Assembly (NCBI GenBank): GCA_963765495.1
Contig: CAVXWP010000007.1
Span: 608,001-672,000 of the forward strand
DNA: 64,000 bases
Source of the DNA: Blastocatellia bacterium
Lineage (GTDB): Bacteria; Acidobacteriota; Blastocatellia; UBA7656
Reading direction: 5' to 3'
Made by a program: the position numbers and the translations under genes. Position 1 is the stretch's first letter. Each line of letters opens with the position of its first letter. Shown here piece after piece: positions 23,965 to 34,439 of the stretch. Under the pieces are notes generated by a model. The model made no database searches and was not told the origin of the DNA. It saw nothing but the letters and a program-made list of their open reading frames with translations.

Positions 23965-24957
23965 ATGCGCAAGATCATCACAGCTACTGTCTTTCGTATC
24001 ATCCAGATCATCCTGCTCCCGGTCGGAGTCGTAGGCTACATACTCTTCGTCGTCAAATTGATAGCATACGCCCGTCGGACGGGCTCATCGGCGACAGTGC
24101 TCGCCTCACTCTACACCCGGTACATGCAGCACAAGCTGGGCACGAGACGCGACGATCTGGGCGTGCGGTTGATGTTGGTGATGCCTAATGTCTCTCATCC
24201 TGGATTGCATCTTTCGACGGCTCCGACGCTGGTTGCGCACCGCCTGACCGGCTACGTACCGAGGATCTATCGTTATCCATATGAAGGGGAGCCTCCTATG
24301 GTTCATCAGTCGGCTGCCCGGACGACCTTCTACGACGCCACCCTGGAGCGGCACCTTCCCGGCATCAATCAACTCGTCGTCCTCGGTGCGGGCTTCGACA
24401 CACGCTCATACAGGTTGTCGGCGGGAACGCGCGTTCGATGCTTCGAGGTCGACGAGCCGAAGACTCAATCGTTCAAGCGCGAGATGCTGAAGAAGGCCGG
24501 CGTGGACACGACCCGAGTCACATACGTGTCTGCCGATTTCCTGAAGGAGGACTGGTTCGAGAAACTTGTAGACGCAGGCTTCGACCCGGACAGTGCGACC
24601 TTCTTCCTGTGGGAGTCCGTAACGATGTATCTGGACCGTGAGGCGGTCGAGGATACGCTACGCAAGATCGCCGGAACGGCCACCGGCAACATTGTGGCAT
24701 TCGATTACTTCTCGACCGAAATCATCGACTCGCGATCATTCTTTATGCGCTACGCGAGAGCGATGATCAGCGCTACCGGCGAGCCCTGGAGGTTTGGTAT
24801 CGACAATACGCCGCCGGTAAGAGAACGCGTTGCCGCCTTTCTTGAAAATTGCGGTCTCGTGTTGGAAGAGCAGCGCAACTTTGGGCCGGAGACGGAGCGG
24901 CAGCGTGCGATGGCGGGCTTCGCTGTCGCACGCGTGCCGTCTGCCGAGAAACTGTGA
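23965..24957 (+). CDS. SAM-dependent methyltransferase (leucine carboxyl methyltransferase-like)
   Basis: ARTTFYD, QLVVLGAGFDTR, FEVDEP, WESVTMYL. Confidence 0.85.
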   Translation: MRKIITATVFRIIQIILLPVGVVGYILFVVKLIAYARRTGSSATVLASLYTRYMQHKLGTRRDDLGVRLMLVMPNVSHPGLHLSTAPTLVAHRLTGYVPRIYRYPYEGEPPMVHQSAARTTFYDATLERHLPGINQLVVLGAGFDTRSYRLSAGTRVRCFEVDEPKTQSFKREMLKKAGVDTTRVTYVSADFLKEDWFEKLVDAGFDPDSATFFLWESVTMYLDREAVEDTLRKIAGTATGNIVAFDYFSTEIIDSRSFFMRYARAMISATGEPWRFGIDNTPPVRERVAAFLENCGLVLEEQRNFGPETERQRAMAGFAVARVPSAEKL

Positions 24958-25113
24958 GCCGCTGAGACAGCCTGCCGAATGCGAATCCGACTGCCATGCA
25001 TCATCATCTGAAAAGATTTGGTATCGGGTGTAAGAAAGGGTGCTTGTTGTGACGCCTTATTTCCAAAAGCAGGGGAAGAGTTGACCGTCTATTTACGAGG
25101 GAGGATAATTTTG

Positions 25114-26016
25114 ATGATGGCTACGGGGTACGCAAGGGGCAGAGGCACGGTGTTTGAGCAGTTCCGGGGACGCCTCTTCGCAGTTGCCTACAGGATGATG
25201 GGTACGAGGGCCGATGCCGAGGACATCATCCAGGAAGCTTATCTTCGCTGGCACAGGGCGGACAAAGATGAGATTCGCTCTCCTGAGGCGTGGCTCGTCA
25301 GTGTGGTCACGAGGCTTTCTATCGACCGCCTGCGCAGGGCCAGGGTCGAGCGCGAGACGTACACCGGGCCGTGGCTGCCGGAGCCGCTTTTCGGCACTCC
25401 CGCACGGTCGCCTGAGGAGCGGCTGATATTTGCATCCGATCTTTCGATGGCCTTCATGGTTCTCCTCGAGCGCCTCGCACCTGTTGAGCGCGCGGCCTTC
25501 CTCCTGCACGATGTTTTCGACTGCGCCTATCCAGAAATCGCTCACACCCTGGGCAAGAGCGAGTCAGCATGCCGCCAGGTGGTGCACCGGGCAAGGGAAC
25601 GTGTGCGGCGCGACCAACCGCGCTTCAAGGTCGGCGAGAAAGACCACCGCCGTCTGATAGAGAAGTTTATGGACGCCACCACTGCCGGTGACGATGCGAC
25701 ACTGCTCTCCCTTTTTGCCGAGGAAGCGACATTGACGAGCGACGGCGGCGGCGTGGTTCATGCCGCGCGCAAGGTCGTACGCGGGCGTGAACTGATCGCC
25801 CGCCTCTTTCTCATCACCACGCGCCGAAACAGTGGGCGACTCACCCAGACGATTCTCCCGATTAATGGCGAGCCCGGCCTTGTTACCTTCCTCGACGGGG
25901 TGCCGTTCTCGGCCACCTCGTTTGAGACCGACGGACGCTCCATCCTGGCTCTCTACAGCGTCCTGAACCCGGAAAAACTGAAAGGCATCGGCCGACTCGA
26001 AGACGCGACCGACTGA
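25114..26016 (+). CDS. ECF41 (SigJ-like) sigma factor with SnoaL-like C-terminal extension
   Basis: AYRMMGTRADAEDIIQE, YTGPWLPEP linker, SDGGG and NPEKL motifs. Confidence 0.9.
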   Translation: MMATGYARGRGTVFEQFRGRLFAVAYRMMGTRADAEDIIQEAYLRWHRADKDEIRSPEAWLVSVVTRLSIDRLRRARVERETYTGPWLPEPLFGTPARSPEERLIFASDLSMAFMVLLERLAPVERAAFLLHDVFDCAYPEIAHTLGKSESACRQVVHRARERVRRDQPRFKVGEKDHRRLIEKFMDATTAGDDATLLSLFAEEATLTSDGGGVVHAARKVVRGRELIARLFLITTRRNSGRLTQTILPINGEPGLVTFLDGVPFSATSFETDGRSILALYSVLNPEKLKGIGRLEDATD

Positions 26017-26025
26017 GAGAGGGGC

Positions 26026-26051
26026 TGTCACAGAAACGCACCTCATCCGTC
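26026..26051 (+). promoter_or_regulatory. ECF41-type promoter upstream of the CMD gene
   Basis: TGTCACA-N15-CGTC; the established ECF41 consensus is TGTCACA-N16-CGTC. Confidence 0.65.
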
Positions 26052-26163
26052 TTCGTGTTAGATGCGGGACGACCGCGGCGGCAGACCTGATCGCGCTCGG
26101 GCGCGGGGATGCCGCATGCGCGGTGCTGCTCCGTCTATTATTTTTCTTGAAAAGGAGTAAGTC

Positions 26164-26649
26164 ATGAAAAAGAGATTGAATCACTTGGAAGTCGCGCAGG
26201 GCGCGTTAAAGGCGATGTTCGGGCTTGGTGAGTACCTGGCGAAGAGCGGACTGGAGCCGTCGCTGCTCCAACTTATTGATTTCCGGGTGTCACAGATAAA
26301 CGGCTGCGCCTACTGTCTCGATATGCACTCGAAGGACTTGCGGGCCGGTGGCGAGAGCGAGCAGCGGCTCTACGTGTTAGATGCCTGGCGCGAAGCGCCC
26401 TTCTACACGGAGCGAGAGCGAGCCGCGCTCGCGTGGGCCGAGGCCGTGACGCTTGTTACCGAGGGGCACGTCCCCGATGAAGTGTACGAACAGGCTCGGG
26501 CGCAGTTCAGCGAGGAGGAACTTGTGAACCTGACGCTGGCCGTAGTGACGATCAACGGTTGGAACCGCCTGAACATTGCTTTCCGTACCGAGGCGGGCAG
26601 TTACCAACCGTCCTCGGCCCACAGCGCCGCGCGAGCCATTAAAGGATAG
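26164..26649 (+). CDS. AhpD/CMD family protein
   Basis: RVSQINGCAYCLDMH (CxxC), ERAALAWAE, INGWNR. Confidence 0.92.
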   Translation: MKKRLNHLEVAQGALKAMFGLGEYLAKSGLEPSLLQLIDFRVSQINGCAYCLDMHSKDLRAGGESEQRLYVLDAWREAPFYTERERAALAWAEAVTLVTEGHVPDEVYEQARAQFSEEELVNLTLAVVTINGWNRLNIAFRTEAGSYQPSSAHSAARAIKG

Positions 26650-26743
26650 AGCATCACGAGCGGAGGACACAGGCTCTTCCGTTCATGGCTAAGTAGTTTA
26701 CGTGGAGACGATTGCTCTATGAAGAATCTTCGCGTACATTGCG

Positions 26744-26788
26744 ACTCTGCATCTTTGCGAGCATTAGGCTCTCGCAAAGATGCAGAGT
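26744..26788. repeat. Perfect 18-bp stem palindrome (REP-like or terminator)
   Basis: ACTCTGCATCTTTGCGAG - 9-nt loop - CTCGCAAAGATGCAGAGT. Confidence 0.7.
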
Positions 26789-27089
26789 AAGCGAAGGTTT
26801 TTCTGAGACTCAAATGGCCCTGGTAATCCCTCTTCACTTGTTTCTTTTTCCTGCCTGCATCATATCAGGGGAATGGCGTCACAGAAGGTCACTCTGCCCC
26901 GATTACCGGAATTTGCTACACAAGGCCCACGAACATCCGGTACTATGGTGAATCCCGTTTTTATTTAATGAATCAGACATCTTCGACCCTTGATCGAGCC
27001 TTCGATCTTGAAGCAAATTAACGAGGGGGTGAACCCCCATCAGGACGGCGGATATGAGACTCAAAAATCAAACTCAATACGGGGTTTTC

Positions 27090-28682
27090 ATGAAGCCCCG
27101 CACCCGGATGATTGACCCGAGGGTCATCACACTGGTTCTGATTTTACTGGCAGGAACGGCTATGAGTGGCCGCTCGACACCGCAAAAGAATCGGCCTTCG
27201 GTTGCCCCTTCATACAGGGAAACATATCGACCGCAGTTTCACTTCACGCCACAGAAGAACTGGATGAACGATCCGAACGGACTGGTTTACTTTGACGGCG
27301 AGTACCATTTGTTCTACCAGTACAACCCGTTCGGCGACAAGTGGGGACACATGAGCTGGGGGCATGCAATCAGCAAAGACCTGGTGCACTGGCAACATCT
27401 GCCGGTAGCTCTGCCCGAAGAGAACGGAGTCATGATCTTCTCAGGCAGTGCCGTTGTCGATGAAAAAAATACAAGCGGATTCGGGCTGAAAAACAGGCCC
27501 GCGATTGTGGCTATCTATACCGGATACCGACCGTCGGATCACATCCAGAACCAGCACATCGCCTATAGCACGGATCGCGGGCGAACCTGGACAAAGTATA
27601 GCGGCAACCCGGTCATCGACATCAATTCCACCGATTTTCGAGACCCGAAAGTCTTCTGGCACGAGCCGACCAGGCGTTGGATCATGGTAGTATCGCTTTC
27701 GGCCGAACACCGGGTCCGTTTCTATGCCTCGGCCGATCTGAAGCGGTGGACACGCTTGAGCGAGTTCGGCCCGGCGGGTGCCACTGGCGGGGTATGGGAA
27801 TGTCCGGACCTGTTTGAGTTGCCTGTGGAGGGCAGACCCGGCCAGAGAAAGTGGGCATTGATCGTTAATCTGAATCCGGGCAGCGTGGCTGGCGGTTCGG
27901 GGGCGCAATACTTCGTCGGCTCATTCGACGGGAAGCAGTTCTCCGCAGACGATCAGGGCCATTGGATCGATTATGGTAAGGATTTTTATGCGGTTGTCTC
28001 GTGGTCCAACCTGCCGCTCAGGGACAAACGCCGGCTCTGTATCGGCTGGGTCAACAACTGGGAATACGGACAGGAGATTCCCACCTCTCCCTGGCGCAGT
28101 GCCCAGAGTATCCCGCGCGAGCTTCGTCTGAAAAACTATAGCGACGGCCTGCGTATAGTGCAGTCGCCGGTAGCGGAATTGCAGCGTTTACGCGGCACAC
28201 GTTACAGCTTATCCGGTAAAACGATCACGGGGGAAAGCGACACGCTTGCCGGGGGGCGGATTAACGGCAAGACGCTCGAAATCGTCGCCACCTTTGAACC
28301 GGGCACGGCCTACGAGTTTGGGCTGAAGATCCGCAAAGGGGTGAATGAAGAGACCATAGTCGGCTATGACGCTGCTGCTGCTGAACTCTTTGTAGACCGC
28401 AGTCGCTCAGGCAAGGTTGATTTCAATCCGCAGTTTTCGGGCAAGCACGGAGGGCCGCTCGCCGCCGAGCAGGGCCGTGTCAAGATGCATCTGTTTGTGG
28501 ACTGGTCATCGGTCGAGGTATTCGGCAATGACGGGCAAACGGTGATCACGGAGCAGATTTTCCCGGCCCCTTCAAGTGACGGGCTGGCCCTTTACGCAAA
28601 AGGCGGCGCGGCCAAACTGGTTTCGCTTGAGGTTTGGGATTTGAAGTCGATCTGGAAAAATGCCGGGGGCGCGAGGCGCTAG
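27090..28682 (+). CDS. Secreted GH32 beta-fructofuranosidase/levanase
   Basis: WMNDPNG, FSGSA, FRDP and WECP catalytic motifs, SSVEVF; N-terminal hydrophobic signal; the start could be 27054. Confidence 0.93.
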   Translation: MKPRTRMIDPRVITLVLILLAGTAMSGRSTPQKNRPSVAPSYRETYRPQFHFTPQKNWMNDPNGLVYFDGEYHLFYQYNPFGDKWGHMSWGHAISKDLVHWQHLPVALPEENGVMIFSGSAVVDEKNTSGFGLKNRPAIVAIYTGYRPSDHIQNQHIAYSTDRGRTWTKYSGNPVIDINSTDFRDPKVFWHEPTRRWIMVVSLSAEHRVRFYASADLKRWTRLSEFGPAGATGGVWECPDLFELPVEGRPGQRKWALIVNLNPGSVAGGSGAQYFVGSFDGKQFSADDQGHWIDYGKDFYAVVSWSNLPLRDKRRLCIGWVNNWEYGQEIPTSPWRSAQSIPRELRLKNYSDGLRIVQSPVAELQRLRGTRYSLSGKTITGESDTLAGGRINGKTLEIVATFEPGTAYEFGLKIRKGVNEETIVGYDAAAAELFVDRSRSGKVDFNPQFSGKHGGPLAAEQGRVKMHLFVDWSSVEVFGNDGQTVITEQIFPAPSSDGLALYAKGGAAKLVSLEVWDLKSIWKNAGGARR

Positions 28683-28852
28683 AACAAAGCGCAAGGGATT
28701 GGTACGAATGCATGTTAATAAAAGGCAGATGAGAATAGATCGCGGATGACGCGGCCTATTTCTACTCCCGCTACTTTAGAGTTTAGTTTGTACCAATCTT
28801 GTGCATTTCGATATAGGTAAGGCACCTGTTAAACCGGGGAGAATCCGAACTC

Positions 28853-29806
28853 ATGAATAGAAGAATACTTGCTATCGCAATCCTTGGCGCGCTGTTTGTC
28901 TTATCGGCTTGCGCCGGTCGTGATTCACAACCGGATAAACCTGTCATCGGAGTCTCGCTGTTGACGCTGACAAACCCTTTCTTCCGTGATCTCGGCAATG
29001 CGATCAAGGAAGCGGCAGAACGGCAAGGGTACAAAGTCATCCTGACGGCCGGAGACTTCGATATAGGCAAGCAGAAGAATCAAATCGCAGACTTCATTGT
29101 TCAAGATGTCGCGGCGATTGTCATCACGCCCATTGATTCCAAATCCATCGGCACATCTATTGCCGAAGCCAACCGCGCGGGCATACCCGTCTTTACGGCC
29201 GACATCAAGGCGACGGCTGAAGGCGTGCGGGTGATCTCTCACATCGCCACAGACAATTATCAGGCTGGCAGCATGGCTGCCAGGGCGCTTATTGAGGCGC
29301 TCGGCGGACGGGGCAAAGTCGGCATCATCGACCACCCCGAAGTCGAATCCGTAATCATGCGCACGCGGGGTTTCCTCGACGAGGTCGAAAAACAGCACCA
29401 GCAATCGGGGAGCAATATACAGATCGTCTCGCGTCTGGCCGCAGGCGGCGCTAAAGAGAAAGCCTTCCAGGTTGCGGTAGATATGTTGCAGGCGCATCCC
29501 GATCTGGATGGAATTTTTGCCATCAACGACCCTTCGGCGCTCGGGGCGCTTGCGGCCATCGAGAGCGCCGGAAAATCGGGGCGCATCCGCATCATCAGCA
29601 TAGACGGTTTGCCGGAAGGCCGGCAGGCGATCAAGGGTGGGAAGATTTATGCCGACGCGATTCAACACCCGGACCTGATCGGCGAGAAGACCGTAGAAGC
29701 GATTACGGCCTACATGAGCGGCGAAGAGGTTCCCGCAGAGATATTGATCCCGACCGATATCTATCGCCAGGAGGATGCGATAAAAGATCCGACATTGCGC
29801 CCATGA
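28853..29806 (+). CDS. Sugar ABC transporter substrate-binding lipoprotein (RbsB-like)
   Basis: LSAC lipobox, NPFF, ATDN, FAINDPSALGA, IDG. Confidence 0.9.
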   Translation: MNRRILAIAILGALFVLSACAGRDSQPDKPVIGVSLLTLTNPFFRDLGNAIKEAAERQGYKVILTAGDFDIGKQKNQIADFIVQDVAAIVITPIDSKSIGTSIAEANRAGIPVFTADIKATAEGVRVISHIATDNYQAGSMAARALIEALGGRGKVGIIDHPEVESVIMRTRGFLDEVEKQHQQSGSNIQIVSRLAAGGAKEKAFQVAVDMLQAHPDLDGIFAINDPSALGALAAIESAGKSGRIRIISIDGLPEGRQAIKGGKIYADAIQHPDLIGEKTVEAITAYMSGEEVPAEILIPTDIYRQEDAIKDPTLRP

Positions 29807-29872
29807 CCGGCTGATTAGCTGGCTGATTGGTAGAACAGGGCTGACAGCAACCGAAACGGAGCACGTTTGCCA

Positions 29873-31396
29873 ATGAGGAATGGACAGGCAGAACCCGTCG
29901 TCGTGATGGAAGGCATAGAAAAGACCTTCCCGGGCGTGCGTGCCCTCAAGGGCGCATCCTTGCGCCTCTACCCCGGCGAGGTGCACGCCTTGATGGGAGA
30001 AAACGGCGCGGGAAAGAGCACGCTGATCAAGACGCTGGCCGGGGCCATCAGACCGGATGCCGGAAAGATTCGAATTGGCGGCAGCGAAGTAACCATCGAA
30101 TCACCAAAGGCGGCGCAGCAACTCGGTGTTGCCGTCATCTATCAGGAGTTCAACCTCGTTCCTTATCTATCGGCGAGAGAGAATATCTTCCTCGGTCAGG
30201 AGCACACGACAGCCGGTTTCTTTTCAAGACAGGAGGAGCGAAAGCGCGCCCGCAAACTACTTGAACGCCTCGGTGTCCGCCTCGACCCGGATACGCGCTG
30301 CGGAAGCCTCACGGTTGCCGGACAGCAAACCGTTGAGATTGCCAGGGCGCTTTCCACAGGCGCGCGCATACTCGTCATGGACGAGCCCACTGCTGCTTTG
30401 AGCGTGCAGGAGGTCGAGAAACTCTTTGAGGTGATCCGCGATCTCAAAGCGCGCGGCATCAGCATAGTTTATGTCAGCCATCGCATGGAAGAGATTTTCC
30501 GCATCGCCGACCACATCACCGTTATGCGCGACGGAGAGACAGTCGGCACGCGGCCTGCAAGCGAACTTACACGCGAGAGCCTGATCGAGATGATGGTAGG
30601 ACGAAAACTGGAAAACGAATTTCCCAAACAACCGGCCGAGATCGGCGAGAAGCACCTTGAGGCAATCGGCCTGCGGCGCAAAGAGACGGTCAGGGATGTA
30701 TCTTTTCACGTTCGCCGAGGGGAAGTCCTCGGGCTTACGGGACTCGTCGGCTCGGGCCGCACAGAGGTGGCGCGGCTCATCTTTGGAGCAGATGCCCGCG
30801 ACGCGGGCGAAATCCGAATCGACGGCAAAGCGGTCGACATACGCTCGCCGCGTGACGCGATCCGTAAGGGCATCTGTCTTCTGAGCGAAGATCGCAAGGT
30901 TGAAGGGCTTGTGCTAGGCATGTCGGCGCGCGAAAACTTCGGCCTGCCCAATCTCGATCAGTTCTCCGACTTCGGGTTGATCAAGCCTCAGACCGAGCGC
31001 AGTGCTTTTGCCCGCTACATCAGAGAACTCTTGATAAAACTCGCCGGTCAGGAGCAGACGGCCAGGACGCTGTCGGGCGGTAATCAGCAGAAGATCGTGC
31101 TGGCCAAGTGGCTCGAAGCAAACAGCGACCTTATCATCTTTGATGAGCCGACGCGCGGCATAGACGTCGGCGCGAAGTACGAGATTTATCTGCTGATGAA
31201 CCGACTGGTTGCCGAGGGCAAGGCGATCATCATGATCTCATCCGAGTTGCCCGAAGTGCTGGGGATGAGTGATCGCATCATCGTCATGCACGAGGGCCGG
31301 ATCAGCGGCGAAATCACCGATGTGGCCCGCGCCACCCAGGAGCAGATCATGACGCTTGCGGTCGGCGTGAAGTCCGGGCAGGACACAAAGGCCTGA
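29873..31396 (+). CDS. Sugar ABC transporter ATP-binding protein (RbsA-like)
   Basis: GENGAGKST, MDEPT, LSGGNQQK, DEPTRGIDVGAK. Confidence 0.93.
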   Translation: MRNGQAEPVVVMEGIEKTFPGVRALKGASLRLYPGEVHALMGENGAGKSTLIKTLAGAIRPDAGKIRIGGSEVTIESPKAAQQLGVAVIYQEFNLVPYLSARENIFLGQEHTTAGFFSRQEERKRARKLLERLGVRLDPDTRCGSLTVAGQQTVEIARALSTGARILVMDEPTAALSVQEVEKLFEVIRDLKARGISIVYVSHRMEEIFRIADHITVMRDGETVGTRPASELTRESLIEMMVGRKLENEFPKQPAEIGEKHLEAIGLRRKETVRDVSFHVRRGEVLGLTGLVGSGRTEVARLIFGADARDAGEIRIDGKAVDIRSPRDAIRKGICLLSEDRKVEGLVLGMSARENFGLPNLDQFSDFGLIKPQTERSAFARYIRELLIKLAGQEQTARTLSGGNQQKIVLAKWLEANSDLIIFDEPTRGIDVGAKYEIYLLMNRLVAEGKAIIMISSELPEVLGMSDRIIVMHEGRISGEITDVARATQEQIMTLAVGVKSGQDTKA

Positions 31397-31439
31397 AACC
31401 GTTTGATCACCAGTCACGCTGCCTCCAGGAGCTAAGAAT

Positions 31440-32864
31440 ATGACGGGAGAAAACAGACCACCCCGCCCGCCTGCCGATGACAAAGGCCATGGCAGGGGCG
31501 AGGGAGTTCAGCAGGAAGGCTTACGCACGGAAAAAAGAGAACTGTCGGGCGCGCGGTTGTTCGCGTCGCGGTTCTTTACCGACTATGGGATGCTGGCCGT
31601 GTTGCTGCTGCTCATTATCTTCTTCTCTCTGGTCACGGTTGAAAAACAGAAGCCGGTTGGGGCTGAAGCGGCGGAATCGGTGGCCGGACAGATCGCGAGC
31701 AGTTCCGGGCAGGGCGCGCGCGTCCTGATTGTGGGGCGCGCAAGCGCGCAGGATACGGCCTTTGTCGAACAACTCGGGAACCTGCTTAAGGCCAGGGGCA
31801 CAGAGGTGGTAGGCCCGGTTGTGGGCGAACCGCGTGATGTTCGCCTCGCCCTTGAAAAAGAGGCGCAGGCAGGTAAACCTGTCCAGGTTATTGCGACTAC
31901 CGAGCACAACGCCTGGATGGTAAATAATATAAAATCGCGTATCGGCGGTCTCACAGAGACCAGCGTGATCATACCGGCGAGCTATCGATGGCCGGTCTTT
32001 CTGCGCTCCGACAACCTGATCAACGTGGCCAACCAGATTGTAGTGATTGCGATCATCGCCATCGGCATGACGATGGTGATAATCACGGGCGGCATAGACC
32101 TGTCGGTCGGCAGCCTCATTGCGCTGTCGGCTGTTATCACGGGCACGATGATCGTAAGAATGGGTGGGACCGAGGCATCTCCGCTTGCGATGTTTGCGGG
32201 CGCGATGCTTGCGATACTGATATGTGGTGTTGTCGGCCTCTTCTCGGGTCTGATGGTAGCCGGGTTTCGAATGCCTCCCTTTATCGCCACGCTCGGCATG
32301 ATGCTGGTAGCCAGCGGCGCAGCCTACCTCATCTCGGGTGGAGAGTCGATCTACCAGATCCCGGATGGATTTGTATGGTTGGGGCGCGGGACCGCATTTC
32401 TGGCGATTCCAAACGCAGTGGTGCTGATGATCGTTCTCTACGTCATCGCGCACGTTCTGATGTCGCGGATGACACTCGGGCGTTACATCTACGCCGTGGG
32501 GGGCAATGTCGAAGCAGCGCGGTTGTCCGGGGTGAACGTCATTGGGATTCTGCTGTTTGTTTTCGGCATCAGCGGAATGATGGCCGGGCTTGGCGGCGTG
32601 GTGCTGACTTCGCAACTCAAGAGCGGCGCGCCCACTTACGGACTTCTCTACGAACTGTATGCTATAGCGGCAGCCGTGCTTGGCGGGACGAGCCTGTCGG
32701 GTGGTCAGGGCAAGGTTCTCGGTACGCTTATCGGGGCGTTGATTATCGGAGTCATCCAAAACGGCATGAACCTGACCGGGATACAGAGTTACACTCAGAA
32801 GGTGGTTCTCGGGCTCGTCATTCTTGGCGCGGTATTGCTCGATATGTTAAGAAGAAAAGAGTGA
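31440..32864 (+). CDS. Sugar ABC transporter permease (RbsC-like) with a large extra soluble domain
   Basis: GGIDLSVGS, PPFIATLG, GRYIYAVGGN, YELYAIAAAVLGGTSL; about 120 extra residues after TM1. Confidence 0.9.
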   Translation: MTGENRPPRPPADDKGHGRGEGVQQEGLRTEKRELSGARLFASRFFTDYGMLAVLLLLIIFFSLVTVEKQKPVGAEAAESVAGQIASSSGQGARVLIVGRASAQDTAFVEQLGNLLKARGTEVVGPVVGEPRDVRLALEKEAQAGKPVQVIATTEHNAWMVNNIKSRIGGLTETSVIIPASYRWPVFLRSDNLINVANQIVVIAIIAIGMTMVIITGGIDLSVGSLIALSAVITGTMIVRMGGTEASPLAMFAGAMLAILICGVVGLFSGLMVAGFRMPPFIATLGMMLVASGAAYLISGGESIYQIPDGFVWLGRGTAFLAIPNAVVLMIVLYVIAHVLMSRMTLGRYIYAVGGNVEAARLSGVNVIGILLFVFGISGMMAGLGGVVLTSQLKSGAPTYGLLYELYAIAAAVLGGTSLSGGQGKVLGTLIGALIIGVIQNGMNLTGIQSYTQKVVLGLVILGAVLLDMLRRKE

Positions 32865-32921
32865 TCGCACTGCCAATAGCAGGGCCGCATCTGAGACAGC
32901 GCCAAAGGAGTCGAAACAACG

Positions 32922-33590
32922 ATGGAACACTCAAGAAGCTATCTACCCGCGGCTGGCTACGACTGGATACTGCCGCTCTATGACCCGGTAGTGAGGTTGC
33001 TTGGCGGTAATGCGGCGAGGCGTACGCTCCTCGATCAAGCGGGATTACGGCCCGGTCAACGAGTTCTCGACGTTGGCTGTGGTACGGGCAGTTTGGTCAC
33101 GCTGATCAAGTGCCTTTATTCAGATGTCGAGGTTGTCGGGCTCGATCCCGACCCGAAGGCACTCGCCCGAGCAAGACGCAAGGCGGAAAGAGACTCTGTC
33201 TCCATCCGGTTCGATCAGGGGTTTGCTGATGAGCTACCGTACCCCGATGCGTCATTTGATCGAGTCTTTTCTTCGTTCATGTTTCACCATCTCGAGCATG
33301 ACGATAGGGAAAACACACTGCGCGCGATCCGGCGCGTTCTCAAACCGGGCGGTTCACTCCATCTGGTCGATTTCGCGGGGCCTGAGTCTGGCGCGACTGG
33401 CCTCCTGGTGTGTTTGTTTCACTCCAGTCACCAACTGAGCGACAACACCGAGGACCGAATCCTCAGCCTCCTAAGCCAGGTTGGGTTTTCAAATCCCAAA
33501 AAGATGAGCCAGGGAGCCATGCTTTTTGGGCTCATGCGCATTAAGTACTATCAGGGATCAGTATCCGCTCTGGATGCCGGTGCTGCCTGA
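32922..33590 (+). CDS. Class I SAM-dependent methyltransferase
   Basis: VLDVGCGTG, LPYPDASFD, RVLKPGG. Confidence 0.9.
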   Translation: MEHSRSYLPAAGYDWILPLYDPVVRLLGGNAARRTLLDQAGLRPGQRVLDVGCGTGSLVTLIKCLYSDVEVVGLDPDPKALARARRKAERDSVSIRFDQGFADELPYPDASFDRVFSSFMFHHLEHDDRENTLRAIRRVLKPGGSLHLVDFAGPESGATGLLVCLFHSSHQLSDNTEDRILSLLSQVGFSNPKKMSQGAMLFGLMRIKYYQGSVSALDAGAA

Positions 33591-33796
33591 AGATTTTCTG
33601 ATCTTTGCGTAATTCCCTGAGAATCAAACGGCCCTGGTGTCTACCCTGATTTCGCGAACGAGTTACATCCCACGCTATTGCTTTCCCCTTAGTTGTTATG
33701 ATCTTATATAGACCATCTACTTCATTGACATAGGCAAGAGCAAGCGTTTGGGCGTTTGCGTTGCCGAGAATCGCAAAGGGCACAGGGAGATCATCT

Positions 33797-34432
33797 ATGG
33801 CAGGTCAAAGCATCGAACGCCGCGACGTGTTAAGGATTTTGAGTTTGGCCGCAGCGGCAAGCGGGTTTCCGGGGTTCAAGGTCTGGGCATTCGCTCACGA
33901 TCACTCAAATGATGACCAGCACAAACACACCATTCAGCAAAAACAAGCACCGCGCGACGAGGCGTACAGGCCACAATTTTTCACGCCGGATGAATACTCA
34001 CTGGTTGCTCGATTGGCCGAATTGATCATCCCTACGGATGACTCGCCGGGCGCGCGCGAGGCCGGCGTCAGCGAATTCATTGATTTCATGGTGGCAAACG
34101 ACCCGTCACTGCAACCGAAGTTTCGTCGCGGTCTGACCTGGATGAATGCTCATGCGACAAAGCTGTACGGCGCGCGGTTTCTGAATCTTAGCGGGGAACA
34201 GGCGACCGAGATGTTAGGAAATCTGGCCTACAAGGACCGTCATCGCCTGGGCGAAGAGGATGGCCAGGCATTTTTCCAGTTGATACGCGAGTACACCTTG
34301 ATGGGTTTTTATACGTCGCGGGTCGGTATGCAGGTGCTCGATGTTCCCGGCTTGAAGCAATACTACACGGCATCGCCCGCCTGTCCGCACACGGATAATC
34401 GGGCGCACCTCGATCTGAAGCCAAGATACTGA
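33797..34432 (+). CDS. Gluconate 2-dehydrogenase subunit 3 family protein (Tat)
   Basis: ERRDVL, IIPTDDSPGAREAGV, TLMGFYTS. Confidence 0.85.
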   Translation: MAGQSIERRDVLRILSLAAAASGFPGFKVWAFAHDHSNDDQHKHTIQQKQAPRDEAYRPQFFTPDEYSLVARLAELIIPTDDSPGAREAGVSEFIDFMVANDPSLQPKFRRGLTWMNAHATKLYGARFLNLSGEQATEMLGNLAYKDRHRLGEEDGQAFFQLIREYTLMGFYTSRVGMQVLDVPGLKQYYTASPACPHTDNRAHLDLKPRY

Positions 34433-34439
34433 CAAAGTT

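Noticed and set aside
28925-32983. Long alternative ORFs (28925-29986 -, 31521-32759 -, 31988-32983 +)
   Set aside because: They are shadow frames overlapping clear ABC transporter genes and carry no recognisable motifs.
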